DNA from: a virus
Direction: 5' to 3' (one strand)
DNA: 64,000 nucleotides
Virus record (IMG/VR): IMGVR_UViG_3300005347_000205
Coordinates: 8,510-72,509 of that record
Shown: piece after piece, positions 1 to 9,211 of the stretch
How the letters are laid out: the number at the start of each line of letters is the position of its first letter
Position numbering within the stretch: position 1 is the first letter of the stretch
Made by a program: the position numbers and the translations under genes
The notes under the pieces: model-generated
What the model was told of the DNA's origin: nothing
The model's database searches: none
The model's input: the letters and a program-made list of their open reading frames with translations, nothing else

Positions 1-128
1 TATTTTTCAAGCAGGCGCGCGAGCATCTCCGCAGCAGCGATCGCTTCTTCTTCGGTACAGCCGTTCCCCACCGTTTTCGCACGCAACGCACGAATGCGGG
101 CGGCGATTTTCTCGCGCTCTCCGTTCAT
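1..128 (-). CDS. DUF2786-domain protein (5' part; runs off window)
   Basis: Manual translation from ATG 128: MNGEREKIAARIRALRAKTVGNGCTEEEAIAAAEMLARLLEKY, matching the DUF2786 helical motif; not in ORF track. Confidence 0.7.
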   Translation of the reverse strand, partial: MNGEREKIAARIRALRAKTVGNGCTEEEAIAAAEMLARLLEK

Positions 129-221
129 TCAGATACCTTCGCAGACGCTTCCGAACTTCATGCGTGTATTTCACCACATAGTTGTATTCCCCGGCAGCCG
201 AAGCCACCGGGGTGTACGAAA

Positions 222-917
222 TCAGCCCAAGGGATCGTCGTCGTCAGTGGTGGCCGGAGACGCAAATGCGTCGTCCTCGCCCTCTTCTTCGTCCATGGCC
301 GAGTTGGCGTCGACACGCTTGGCGCCGAATGGTTCGCCGTGGCGCTTATGTTGAACGACTTCGAGCGAAGCGTTGATGCGATCCGGGTTTTTGTCCTTCG
401 ACCCATCATACGCATAGATGCGAATGATCGCGTTGACGTAGCAACCGCCGTAGAGCAGCGCGTCAGCCGGGGTCAGCTGGCGGAACTTCTTCTCCCCGGT
501 GCGCTGGTCGACCTCCTTACGCGGGCCAATCAGCTGCAGCGGGTTCGGCGCATCAAGCGATTTCACCTTCTTCTTGGCGCTGATATACATCTGCCCTTTG
601 TAGCCGTCATAGAGCGGCTCGCGGGTGCCGTCGATCTCGGGCTCACCGTCGCGCATGCAGCGGCGCTCAGCGGGAATCTTCTTGTTTTGGCCAGGCCATT
701 TCGCTTCACGGGCCGCCACCATTGCTTCCGTGACCGCCTTAATTTGGTCTGCGTGCGTAACCTTGTCGAGAAGAAGCACACAGTTGTAGCTGATGTCCTT
801 GACCTTCTGGCCCGTATTTGGGTCGACCTTATCACCCTCCTGAACCTGGGGTTCGAACAGATTGTCGAAGCTCAGTCGAACGTCCTTCAGTTTGATCTCA
901 ATATTGGTGTCAGCCAT
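222..917 (-). CDS. Phage ssDNA-binding protein (DUF2815 / T7 gp2.5-like)
   Basis: VRLSF..LFEP, YGGCYVNAII, SLEVVQ..HGEPFG motifs; acidic tail ending DDDDDPLG. Confidence 0.85.
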   Translation of the reverse strand: MADTNIEIKLKDVRLSFDNLFEPQVQEGDKVDPNTGQKVKDISYNCVLLLDKVTHADQIKAVTEAMVAAREAKWPGQNKKIPAERRCMRDGEPEIDGTREPLYDGYKGQMYISAKKKVKSLDAPNPLQLIGPRKEVDQRTGEKKFRQLTPADALLYGGCYVNAIIRIYAYDGSKDKNPDRINASLEVVQHKRHGEPFGAKRVDANSAMDEEEGEDDAFASPATTDDDDPLG

Positions 918-928
918 TCTTCAGTCCT

Positions 929-2146
929 TCATTCTTCATCCATCGTGATCTCGACCGGCTTTACTGCTAGGCGAGCATCTGTCTCCGGGACCATTGAGTG
1001 TCCGTGCTGGCCGAACTTGATGTGTTCGGAGAGCTTCTCATAATCGTCGGATGAGATTTGCTTACGCGCTTGCGCGGGAGAAATCAACTTTTTGGTGAAA
1101 CTTCTATCACCAAGAATCGGCACCAGCACCGCCTCGGCAGCAGCCTCATCTTCATATGTATCTCTACTGCCCTTCCGAGTGTCGACAACGCATTTGCGAC
1201 CGGGCGTCGGCCGGCCGGCGAGCGCGTCCCTGAGTTCCTCATTCGCGAGTTGATCCAACCAGTGTTCGAGCATGGAACGATGCTGCAGGATGTAGCTGCG
1301 GCGCTCGGGCGTCATGGCGCCTGCCGGCACAATGGGATTGTCGATCATGATCTCAAGGTCCAGTTCGCTATAATCAGTGCCCAGCAAGGCGAGATTGAAG
1401 TCCTCGAACTCGCGGCATCCGCCTGCCGCGCGCTTACGTCGGCACCAGATGCAACCCTTCTCCGAGGCGACACGCGGCGGGTTCGGCTGCAGGGTCAGTT
1501 CGGCCCGCTCCCTGATCCAGTCTCCGAATGCCAGCAGATCGTCTAGCGTCGTGTGCCAGACGCCGCCGCCACCTGGGCACCGAGGCTGATCGATTTCGAT
1601 GATGAACCGCACCGGATCGGTGCCGACAATCTGCTGGGCGATCGTCTGCCAGAAGCCGAGTAAGTAGAGCATCACTTGCTTGTTCTGGACCGGACTGATC
1701 GCTACTCCCCTGCCCCACTTCAGATCGGAAACGTAGACGATCCAGACGCCGTCGATTTTTACGATTACCGCGCGATCAAGCGTGCCGAACTGCCCAGGCA
1801 ACACCCAGTGCGACACGTCGACCCGGTGTTCGCTGAAAAAGCGACCGCCCATGCCACGGACGCGGTCAATGCCAGGCTGCAGCAGCAGTGCATCGTCGAC
1901 CGTCCAGGTGAAGGTCCAATCGTGCAGGCGGGTGCGCTGTCCGACGAAATCGAGCGCGTCGAAGCCGTAGCGGAGGCAGTCGTCAGAGATCCCGTGCGCC
2001 ACCGTTCCTTCGGCCGCAACTTCGGTCGGATCGTCCGGCAAACCTCGGTTGGCGTTGACATAGTCGAGACATGTCGACCAGCCTTCGGCGCCGGACGGGC
2101 CGTGTGAGGAGTGCGCCAGCTCGCTGTCGAGGCGATCGTCGATCAC
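929..2146 (-). CDS. DUF2800 family PD-(D/E)xK (Cas4-like) nuclease
   Basis: HSSHGPSGAEGW.C, AAEGTVAH, FGTLD, DLKWGRG, NKQVMLY, CIWC; start moved to GTG 2146. Confidence 0.85.
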   Translation of the reverse strand: MIDDRLDSELAHSSHGPSGAEGWSTCLDYVNANRGLPDDPTEVAAEGTVAHGISDDCLRYGFDALDFVGQRTRLHDWTFTWTVDDALLLQPGIDRVRGMGGRFFSEHRVDVSHWVLPGQFGTLDRAVIVKIDGVWIVYVSDLKWGRGVAISPVQNKQVMLYLLGFWQTIAQQIVGTDPVRFIIEIDQPRCPGGGGVWHTTLDDLLAFGDWIRERAELTLQPNPPRVASEKGCIWCRRKRAAGGCREFEDFNLALLGTDYSELDLEIMIDNPIVPAGAMTPERRSYILQHRSMLEHWLDQLANEELRDALAGRPTPGRKCVVDTRKGSRDTYEDEAAAEAVLVPILGDRSFTKKLISPAQARKQISSDDYEKLSEHIKFGQHGHSMVPETDARLAVKPVEITMDEE

Positions 2147-2150
2147 AGGA

Positions 2151-2486
2151 TCACAGGCTCCATCTGTAACCCCTTCCCCAGACCACCTCCACTGGCCACG
2201 GAGCGCCAGCATCAGCGAGCGTCTTTCGGATTCTGCCGAAGATGACGGACATCGTGTTGCTTACGTTATTCGACTCGCTACCAACCCTATCAGCGAGCAC
2301 GTCCCGCCTCACAGGGCGTCCGTAGGAGGCTGCCAGGGTGTACAACAACTGCACATGGTTCTTGGGCAGGGTGATCGCTTCGCCATGAAACGACACTGCG
2401 CCGCGGGGATCGAGTATAAAACCATCGCGTTCGATCACCTGGTCTTGCTCAAGATTGAAGCCGCAATGAGGACAGTGAGCGGTCAT
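2151..2486 (-). CDS. Orphan OmpR/PhoB-type winged-helix DNA-binding protein with N-terminal CxxC
   Basis: LLYTLAASYGRPVRRDVL...IRKTL...VEVVWGRGYRW is a Trans_reg_C signature; no receiver domain. Confidence 0.8.
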   Translation of the reverse strand: MTAHCPHCGFNLEQDQVIERDGFILDPRGAVSFHGEAITLPKNHVQLLYTLAASYGRPVRRDVLADRVGSESNNVSNTMSVIFGRIRKTLADAGAPWPVEVVWGRGYRWSL

Positions 2487-2650
2487 GCGCAATCATCCCG
2501 CTGTTCGGCCTGCATCACCGCGAAACGATGGCGCGCGTCGATCACCGTCCGTTCGAGTATGCCCATCGAAATCCGCAGCGTGCGCTCGTTTGCCGAGAGG
2601 TTGCGCATCTCGCTCACTCGGGAGAGCAAGGTTTCATGATCTATCGTCAT
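2483..2650 (-). CDS. Hypothetical protein
   Basis: MTIDHETLL...; ATGA overlaps with both neighbours. Confidence 0.55.
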   Translation of the reverse strand: MTIDHETLLSRVSEMRNLSANERTLRISMGILERTVIDARHRFAVMQAEQRDDCA

Positions 2651-3123
2651 GACAACAGCTCCTTGAGAGCGTCGCGCCCGCGGGCGACGCGACTCTTGAT
2701 GGTGCCGACGGCACATCCGAGATCCTGTGCGGCCTCTTCATACGAAGCTCCTGCACCGACCAAGATCAGCGCCTCGCGCATGTCCTGCGGCAGCATGGCG
2801 AGCGCCTTAAGCGTGTCGGCAAGGTCGACCACTGCGCCCTGTGGCGCAGGAACCCATGGAAGCGCGCTTATCGCCAGATCCTCAGTGCTGCCGCCATCCC
2901 AACGCTTGCGCCGCATCTGGGTGATGAAGCGGTTGCGCAGGATAGTTTGTGTCCAGGCAGGGAGGTTGGTGCCGACCTGAAATTTATCCCGATGCTGCCA
3001 TGCTTTCCCCAACGTCCACGCCGCCAAGTCTTCGGCCGCGTCAAAATCGCCGCTGACGAGGTGCATGGCATATCGGATCAGCGGCTTGCGTTGTCCCGCA
3101 AGCGCGGCAGCGAAATCGCTCAC
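2647..3123 (-). CDS. ECF sigma-70 factor, EcfG/SigT-like
   Basis: Region 2 AEDL...KAW..RDKFQVGTNLPAWTQTILRN; region 4 LPQDMREALILVG..SYEEAA..GCAVGTIKSRVARGR. Confidence 0.9.
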   Translation of the reverse strand: MSDFAAALAGQRKPLIRYAMHLVSGDFDAAEDLAAWTLGKAWQHRDKFQVGTNLPAWTQTILRNRFITQMRRKRWDGGSTEDLAISALPWVPAPQGAVVDLADTLKALAMLPQDMREALILVGAGASYEEAAQDLGCAVGTIKSRVARGRDALKELLS

Positions 3124-3917
3124 TCGACATGCTTCCGATAAGCGTCTCTGAAGACGTTAGTCAGGGCGATGTTCGAGCCTTGGCCAGTCCGCGCAATCCA
3201 CTCGTTCATCTTCCGGACCCATTGCTGTTGGGTATTCATCGAAAGGCGGTCAACGAACGCTTCCAGCTTAAAATCAGGATCTCGACCGTCGGTCGCGAGA
3301 AAGACGAACAGGCTGCGGAGAATTTGCCCGGCATATCGCAGGATGTTGCCGTCGAATGCATCCGCCAAGGCACTCAGACCTTGATCTATCGTTAGTGGAC
3401 CGTAGCGCCTATAGGCTGATGCGATGCCCGGAACGCAGTAAATCATCCTTGGCTGCCAAGCCGTGTAATTGGAGTGCGGTGCGAGAACCAATCCTGATTT
3501 CTGGATCAGTGCCATGACTTCGGATGATTCGGCAGAACCTGCCGCTATAGATGCACGGAACACGTCAACTGAATTGAGTGATCTGCGTCTCTTGTTTAGC
3601 TTGACGAAGGTCTTCGCTTCGTCTTCAACGCTAGGTTGATCGAATATTACACAAGGTAGCCGGGGTATATCCGAGCGCATCTTCGCCGCTGTCAACCGGT
3701 GCTGCCCATCCATGACCGCGAGCGTGTCATCAGGCCGGCGGCCAACGGAAAGCGGCTGGCAGAGCCGCCAATCCCAGTCCTTCGCGATGTTGCGAATGAG
3801 TTCCTGGGATGAGCGGGCTTCGATTTTCCGCTGGTAGCTTTCGTCGACATACAGTTCGTCTAGCGCTACCCACTCCATTGCCGGCGGATCGCCTATGGCA
3901 GGATTGAAATCCGTCAC
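3120..3917 (-). CDS. ParB/Srx-like N-terminal domain protein (DUF6551-like)
   Basis: LYVDESYQR, WDWRLCQPLSV, VMDGQHRLTAA, EAKTFVKLN; start at GTG 3917. Confidence 0.75.
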   Translation of the reverse strand: MTDFNPAIGDPPAMEWVALDELYVDESYQRKIEARSSQELIRNIAKDWDWRLCQPLSVGRRPDDTLAVMDGQHRLTAAKMRSDIPRLPCVIFDQPSVEDEAKTFVKLNKRRRSLNSVDVFRASIAAGSAESSEVMALIQKSGLVLAPHSNYTAWQPRMIYCVPGIASAYRRYGPLTIDQGLSALADAFDGNILRYAGQILRSLFVFLATDGRDPDFKLEAFVDRLSMNTQQQWVRKMNEWIARTGQGSNIALTNVFRDAYRKHVE

Positions 3918-3921
3918 GGCT

Positions 3922-4101
3922 TCAGCCCTCGATCTTAAGCAACACGTCGCCGCTGAACCACTCAGAGGATTCTGGCGCCATGTTTGGAAACATGATGAGG
4001 TACGAGGCATTGCCCTCCGCATACTCGGCTCTGCCGATGACGATCCCCGTTGCTCCGCTGGGGTGAAACCGCACGGTTTCCTTCAACTCGAACTCGAACA
4101 T
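3922..4101 (-). CDS. Small hypothetical protein
   Basis: MFEFELKETV..GIVIGRAEY; GAAGGAG RBS upstream. Confidence 0.6.
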   Translation of the reverse strand: MFEFELKETVRFHPSGATGIVIGRAEYAEGNASYLIMFPNMAPESSEWFSGDVLLKIEG

Positions 4102-4182
4102 TGGTCGATCTCCTTCGGGAAGGCGGCTCAATTGCGCGCCGCCTACCGGAAGACCGGCCTCCGAAGAGGCCGGGCAACCTGC

Positions 4183-4722
4183 TCAGCCCAGCGGATCATC
4201 CTCCTCGGCAGGGGCTGCGCCGGCCTGCGCCGGATCACCGTCAAGATCGTAATCGGCCGACAGATCGACCGTGCAGCCGGCCAATAGCCGCCTGAAGAAG
4301 AACTCGGCTTCCTTGCGCTGGTCATCATCGAGCGTCGCATCTGGGCCGACCAGTTTGGGCGTATTGTACCGCGCGAGCAGCGACGCCATGAACTCAGCGC
4401 ACTTTTTCTTCTGCGCGTCGGTTTCCGCGCGCTCGCGATATTGAAGTGCTACCTTCTTCACGTCGTCGTCGCTGACACTCCGCTCAACAACAGCTGTGGC
4501 AGCGGCCTCCGCTGACCCCGTGCTGGCAGCTTCGGCGGCGTTTCCCGCGGGTTCCTCTTCCTTCGGCTTGCGCGTGCGCGTTGCCTTGGGCGTCTCGATC
4601 TTATCGATCGCGGCCTGCTGCCCCGCGATCAATCGCTCATGGTTGGCGGCAAGGACGGTAAGTTGTGCCGTGTTGGCGGCGAGCGCCTCGATCAGCGCAT
4701 CCAATTTGGCTTCGATGCTCAT
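4183..4722 (-). CDS. Hypothetical protein, first gene of leftward operon
   Basis: MSIEAKLDALIEALAANT typical phage N-terminus; ends EEDDPLG. Confidence 0.8.
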   Translation of the reverse strand: MSIEAKLDALIEALAANTAQLTVLAANHERLIAGQQAAIDKIETPKATRTRKPKEEEPAGNAAEAASTGSAEAAATAVVERSVSDDDVKKVALQYRERAETDAQKKKCAEFMASLLARYNTPKLVGPDATLDDDQRKEAEFFFRRLLAGCTVDLSADYDLDGDPAQAGAAPAEEDDPLG

Positions 4723-4799
4723 GGTGATCCCTTCGATCTCTGTACGTGCCCGCTGGGTCAGCGAGTCGGGCCACCTTAAAACACAGAGTTATTCCAATT

Positions 4800-4814
4800 T
4801 CAACCTTATGGTGA
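4800..4814. promoter_or_regulatory. Palindromic operator TCAAC-CTTAT-GGTGA in divergent control region
   Basis: One of 14 intergenic copies of TCAMY-N5-RKTGA. Confidence 0.7.
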
Positions 4815-4891
4815 AATATTCCCACACCGAGGTTGATTTTACCCGTGCTGGAAGGTAGAACCGCCCCAGACAGCATCGGAGATTCTTATTC

Positions 4892-5206
4892 ATGAACCAG
4901 CCCGCCAGTGTGAACCGTACCTGGAGCAGCGGTCCACTTTACAAGCATCTGGTTGCCGTGCTCCCGGCCTTTGTTGACAACCCCTTCTCCGACGATCCGG
5001 TGCTAAACGTGCAGAAACTGCGCGAGGCGACGGGGCGCAGCCATGAAGGCGTCTATAAGTGGCTCCGGGCTAGTCGGCTGACGGCCGCCGGCGCGAAGAA
5101 ACTCGTTACCGTCGCCAACTCGGCCGAAAATCGCCGCGCGCTGACCGCCCTCAACCGGGAAATCCCGACGATCGATAGCTTCGCGAGATTCGTCTTCGCC
5201 GACTGA
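4892..5206 (+). CDS. Putative HTH/Cro-like regulator
   Basis: LNVQKLREATGRSHEGVYKWL is HTH-like; first gene of rightward operon. Confidence 0.55.
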   Translation: MNQPASVNRTWSSGPLYKHLVAVLPAFVDNPFSDDPVLNVQKLREATGRSHEGVYKWLRASRLTAAGAKKLVTVANSAENRRALTALNREIPTIDSFARFVFAD

Positions 5207-5234
5207 GCTGTTGATCGACGGGAGTACCGTTTTT

Positions 5235-7727
5235 ATGAATTCGGTCGTCTCGATCGACGCCATTCGTCCGCTGGTCGAAGCCGGTTTCGCGGTGCATTGG
5301 CTGCATCCGCGCACCAAGCGGCCGATCGGCGATGAGTGGCAGCACGCCCAGGTGGCATCGCTCGCGTGGCTCCGGGCAAAACATCGCCATGACAACAATG
5401 TCGGCGTGCGCCTTGGCCAACATTCGTTGCTGACATCAGGTGGCTATCTTCACGCATTCGACATCGACATCCGGGTAGCTGACCTGGCCGACGAAGCATG
5501 GGAATCCTTCGATCGCCTGCTGCCCGGCGTCCGCGATACGCTTCCGTCGGTTGCGTCTGGGTCCGGTAGCACGTCCGAGCACCTCTATTTCGTTACCGAC
5601 GCTCCATTCTTCGGCAAGAAGCTTGCCGTGTCCGAGGGGAAGCACCGCGGCGCCGACGGTAAGTGGCATTACGACTGGGAGATCGAGCTTTTCGGCACCG
5701 GTAAGCAGATCGTCCTCCCGCCATCGATCCACCCCGACACCGGGCTGCCGTATCGCTGGAAGCGCGAGTTCGACTTCGAGGGGATGGATTTCGGCCTGCA
5801 GCCGCACATCCCTGTCGATCAGATAGAGGCGCTGGGTGTCGCAGAAACCGCGGAATATGAGTTCGAAAAGCGCGAGCCGCTGGAATTCAAACCCGGCCAG
5901 CTGGAAGCCGAACTCGATCTTGTGCCGATCGATCGCCTCGACGACTATCATGACTGGATCACACTCGGCCAGGCGCTGCATCATCAGTTCGGCGGATCGA
6001 CCGGCGGGTACGACCTCTGGATCGCTCATTCTAAACGCTCCGCGAAGTTCGAGGGCACCAATCAGCGCGAACTGCTCCGCAAGTGGCGCGGCTTCGGCCG
6101 CAACCGCCGGAAGCCGGTTACCATGGCGTCGGTCCGACTGTGGGTACAGGAAGCAAGGTCCGCCGCTCTGCTGGCGCAGTTCGACGAGGTCGAGGACGAA
6201 GAAGACGACGCATTTGGTAATTCGGGTGATGCGCTCGCGGATGATTTCGAGACACTTCTTGGCGGAAATGAGCCAGAAAAGACCGATTCTCAACGTGACC
6301 CTTTCGATGACGATGTTGCGGCGGCGCTAGCGACCAGTCCTCTCGACTGGGTTTCACTGCTTGACCTAAACGAAGAAGGCGCGATCAAGCCCACTTTGCA
6401 TAATCTCCGCTTGATCGTGGAGAATGACGTCTGGACGAAAGGTGTTGTGGCGTTCAACCAATTCACCCAGGAAATCGTCCAGCGTGGTCAGCCCGGAACG
6501 AAAAATCCCCGCCGCGCAAATTCCGCGAAGAAGCCGCTCCAACTCGACGGCGAATCATGGGTTCTGCGCGATCGGGTCAACGGAGATTTTTGGACAGAGG
6601 ACAAGGACAACGCGATCCGCGCTCTGATCGAAGCACCAAAGAGCCAAGGTGGATATGGTATCAAGGTTCCAGACCGAGATCTGCGCGCAGCAATAGACAT
6701 CGCCGGCCGGAAGAACGGCTTCCATCCTGTCTGCGAATATCTTGAGGGTCTCACCTGGGACGGGGTGCCGAGGGTGCGCACGCTTTTTCAGACCTACATG
6801 GGAGCGCCCGACGACGCCTATCACCGACAGGTCTCAGAAATCATGTTGGTGGCCGCGGTCGCGCGCGTCCACGAGCCCGGTGCGAAATTCGATACCGCAG
6901 TCATCCTCGAAGGCGTGCAGGGTAAGCGAAAATCGACCTTCATCTCCATTCTCGCGAAAAACTGGTTCGTCGAGCTCGACTGTGACGTGACCGACACACA
7001 GGCCGTTGTCGAGCTCCTGCAGGGCGCCTGGTTGGTCGAGCTGAATGAATTAGGCGGCTTCACCAAGGCCGACGTGCGTCACGTCAAGGCGTTCATCAGC
7101 CGGCGGTCTGACAAGGTGCGCCTCGCCTATGCCAAACGTGCACAGGAATATCACCGGCAGTCGATCCTCGTCGGCAGCACCAACGACGATGTGTATCTGC
7201 GCGACTCGACCGGTGGGCGCCGCTTCCTCCCCGTCCGCTGTTCAATCGAGGGTGAGATCGACACAGATCGCCTGCTTGCCGAGGTTGATCAGTTGTGGGC
7301 CGAGGCTCTGTTGATCTATCGAAAAATGCGCGAGAATCAGCCGCGCGGCACGTTGCCACTGTATCTGTCCGACGCCGAAGCCCGCGACATTGCCGAGAGG
7401 CTGCAGGAATCGCGGCAGGTCGAAAGCAGTGAGGATGCAATCGCTGGCCAGATTGCCGAGTGGCTTGAGCGACCGGTATACACCGGTTCCATCGACGATC
7501 CAATGGACGGCAAAGTCCGTAACGAGACCTGCCTGCTTGAGATCTGGTGCGACTGCCTCGACCGCGATGCCGCCCAGTATACCGGCATGTGGCCAGCGGC
7601 GCTTGGTCGCGCGATGCGGATGGTGCCGGGCTGGAGGGAAAGCGCTCGGAGGCCCCGCTTCGGTAAGTATGGGCAACAGCGCGCATTTGAGCGCGTTGGT
7701 TGGGTGAGAGACCACCTGCGACTGTGA
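5235..7727 (+). CDS. Bifunctional primase-polymerase / PriCT-2 / VirE (SF3-like) helicase
   Basis: Prim-Pol NVGVRLG, DIDI, HLYF, QIVLPPSIHPDTG; PriCT YHDWITLGQAL; Walker A GVQGKRKST; YLRDSTGGRRF; ATG 5235 after GGGAG. Confidence 0.92.
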   Translation: MNSVVSIDAIRPLVEAGFAVHWLHPRTKRPIGDEWQHAQVASLAWLRAKHRHDNNVGVRLGQHSLLTSGGYLHAFDIDIRVADLADEAWESFDRLLPGVRDTLPSVASGSGSTSEHLYFVTDAPFFGKKLAVSEGKHRGADGKWHYDWEIELFGTGKQIVLPPSIHPDTGLPYRWKREFDFEGMDFGLQPHIPVDQIEALGVAETAEYEFEKREPLEFKPGQLEAELDLVPIDRLDDYHDWITLGQALHHQFGGSTGGYDLWIAHSKRSAKFEGTNQRELLRKWRGFGRNRRKPVTMASVRLWVQEARSAALLAQFDEVEDEEDDAFGNSGDALADDFETLLGGNEPEKTDSQRDPFDDDVAAALATSPLDWVSLLDLNEEGAIKPTLHNLRLIVENDVWTKGVVAFNQFTQEIVQRGQPGTKNPRRANSAKKPLQLDGESWVLRDRVNGDFWTEDKDNAIRALIEAPKSQGGYGIKVPDRDLRAAIDIAGRKNGFHPVCEYLEGLTWDGVPRVRTLFQTYMGAPDDAYHRQVSEIMLVAAVARVHEPGAKFDTAVILEGVQGKRKSTFISILAKNWFVELDCDVTDTQAVVELLQGAWLVELNELGGFTKADVRHVKAFISRRSDKVRLAYAKRAQEYHRQSILVGSTNDDVYLRDSTGGRRFLPVRCSIEGEIDTDRLLAEVDQLWAEALLIYRKMRENQPRGTLPLYLSDAEARDIAERLQESRQVESSEDAIAGQIAEWLERPVYTGSIDDPMDGKVRNETCLLEIWCDCLDRDAAQYTGMWPAALGRAMRMVPGWRESARRPRFGKYGQQRAFERVGWVRDHLRL

Positions 7728-8269
7728 AACGCATTCGCTACGTCGAAGGGCGACCCTGCAGTTCATGCGGGCGGACGAAACGCCTCGCTTCAAATCGCCG
7801 GTGCGTCTTCTGCCTGTTTTGGGATGCCTGTCGCGTAGTCGAAGGTGAAATCATCCTGTCACGCCGCGAAACCGCGCGCGCCTGGAACACCTATATGGAA
7901 CTCGGTCGGGATTATCGACATCGAGAAACTGCGCGACGGGGAGCTAACATTCGAAGGGGCCGTATGGCTCAAGCCGCAGGCTCATTTACGAGCGCTCAGG
8001 CGGCCGCGATATTGAAGCTCCAGAACGGCAGGTGCGCCTATTGTGATGCCACGGTGAATTTGCATCTAGACCACGCAATTCCACTTGCCCGAGGCGGTTC
8101 TAACTGGCCTTGGAATTTACAATGGCTGTGCGCGCACCACAATATCTCGAAAGGTGCTCGCACTGACGCGGAGTACCGCGATATCATCGGACTGCCTGCG
8201 GACGAGCCGGTCAGCCTGCAAATTTGGCGAGAATTTTTCAGGGTTTCCCTGGTGCCGATTCTGGGCTGA
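7724..8269 (+). CDS. HNH endonuclease
   Basis: CAYC, HLDHAIPLARGGSN..NLQWLCAHHNISKG; GTG overlaps primase stop. Confidence 0.88.
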   Translation: MKRIRYVEGRPCSSCGRTKRLASNRRCVFCLFWDACRVVEGEIILSRRETARAWNTYMELGRDYRHRETARRGANIRRGRMAQAAGSFTSAQAAAILKLQNGRCAYCDATVNLHLDHAIPLARGGSNWPWNLQWLCAHHNISKGARTDAEYRDIIGLPADEPVSLQIWREFFRVSLVPILG

Positions 8270-8352
8270 ATCAGCCGAAAAAAAAACCTCCGAAAAACTT
8301 CGGGAAATTTTACCCGGAATCGGCGAAAACGGGCTGAATCGACCAATTTAGT

Positions 8353-8663
8353 GTGACAGCCCATAAAATTCGGCGATCCTGTCACAGGGCTGTCACAGCA
8401 CCGTCAACCTCAATTTCTCCAGGTTTTCCGCGGTTTTGCGGAACCTTGTGACAGGTGTGACGGAAATACCGGTCTCCCTATAAGTTCTCCTCGTGCAGAC
8501 CCCTCCATGGGTAGCCGTCAGGCCCCTTGAATCGTCGGTTTTGGGGCTCTTGCTCAACGACAACTTATAGAAATGCTGTCACTCCTGTCACAGTTGTCAC
8601 ATCATTTATAAAATCAATGACTTAGCAGGTGTGACAGCCCTGTGACAGCTTTTACCCTGTCAC
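8353..8663. repeat. Cluster of about 10 TGTCAC/GTGACA iterons, putative replication origin
   Basis: Copies at 8353, 8380, 8391, 8448, 8577, 8586, 8595, 8631, 8642 and 8658 in noncoding DNA downstream of the primase-helicase. Confidence 0.7.
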
Positions 8664-8790
8664 AAAATTTGGAAAAAGTTTCAGAGGTCGCCGCGATCGA
8701 AGGCTTTGCACCCTGGTGTGGTTTGAGATGTCTGGAAAAAAGGGGCTCAGCGCCCCGCGCCCGAGCCACAGACACTAACTGGGACCCGTG

Positions 8791-8910
8791 GGGACCGCTG
8801 GGGAAAACCAGCGCACCCGCAACGCCAGCGCACCCGCAGCTCACCAGACACCAATAGGGACCGCTGGGGAAAAGCAGCTAGCCAGGCTCAGGGTTTCCCT
8901 ATCGGTCCCT
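8791..8910. repeat. GGGACCGCTGGGGAAAA direct repeats plus a degenerate inverted copy
   Basis: 8791-8807 and 8857-8873; inverted TTTCCCTATCGGTCCCT at 8894-8910; CCAGCGCACCCGCA twice in between. Confidence 0.7.
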
Positions 8911-8936
8911 AGCCGTCTCTAGCGGTTGATTATGTT

Positions 8937-8951
8937 TCACTATTTAGTTGA
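8937..8951. promoter_or_regulatory. Palindromic operator upstream of early genes
   Basis: TCACT-ATTTA-GTTGA. Confidence 0.65.
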
Positions 8952-9004
8952 ATATGCGCGCCAGTTATGGTGTGATGATGAGAACACTAAGGAGTGATTC
9001 GATC

Positions 9005-9184
9005 ATGCGTAACTGGGCAACCCGCGAAGCCTATGGCACCCCGTCACCTGGCGCCTTCGAACTACCGGATGATGGGTTCGCCTATGGTCCGGTTTCGATC
9101 GCCTACATATTCGGCAGGCGCCCCCAGGAAAGCGTGCGGGAATATCATCTCGACCGTGCAGCTCGGAAAAACGAGCGCCCATAG
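9005..9184 (+). CDS. Early hypothetical protein
   Basis: AGGAG RBS before ATG 9005 (MRNWATREAYG...). Confidence 0.55.
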   Translation: MRNWATREAYGTPSPGAFELPDDGFAYGPVSIAYIFGRRPQESVREYHLDRAARKNERP

Positions 9185-9211
9185 TTTCAACTTACCATAG
9201 GATATTCAACC

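Noticed and set aside
7-207. 66-aa minus-strand ORF from the track
   Set aside because: Overlaps the better-supported DUF2786 frame starting at 128.
929-2146. cas4 / CRISPR adaptation gene
   Set aside because: Context next to a DUF2815 SSB is the standard phage replication/recombination module.
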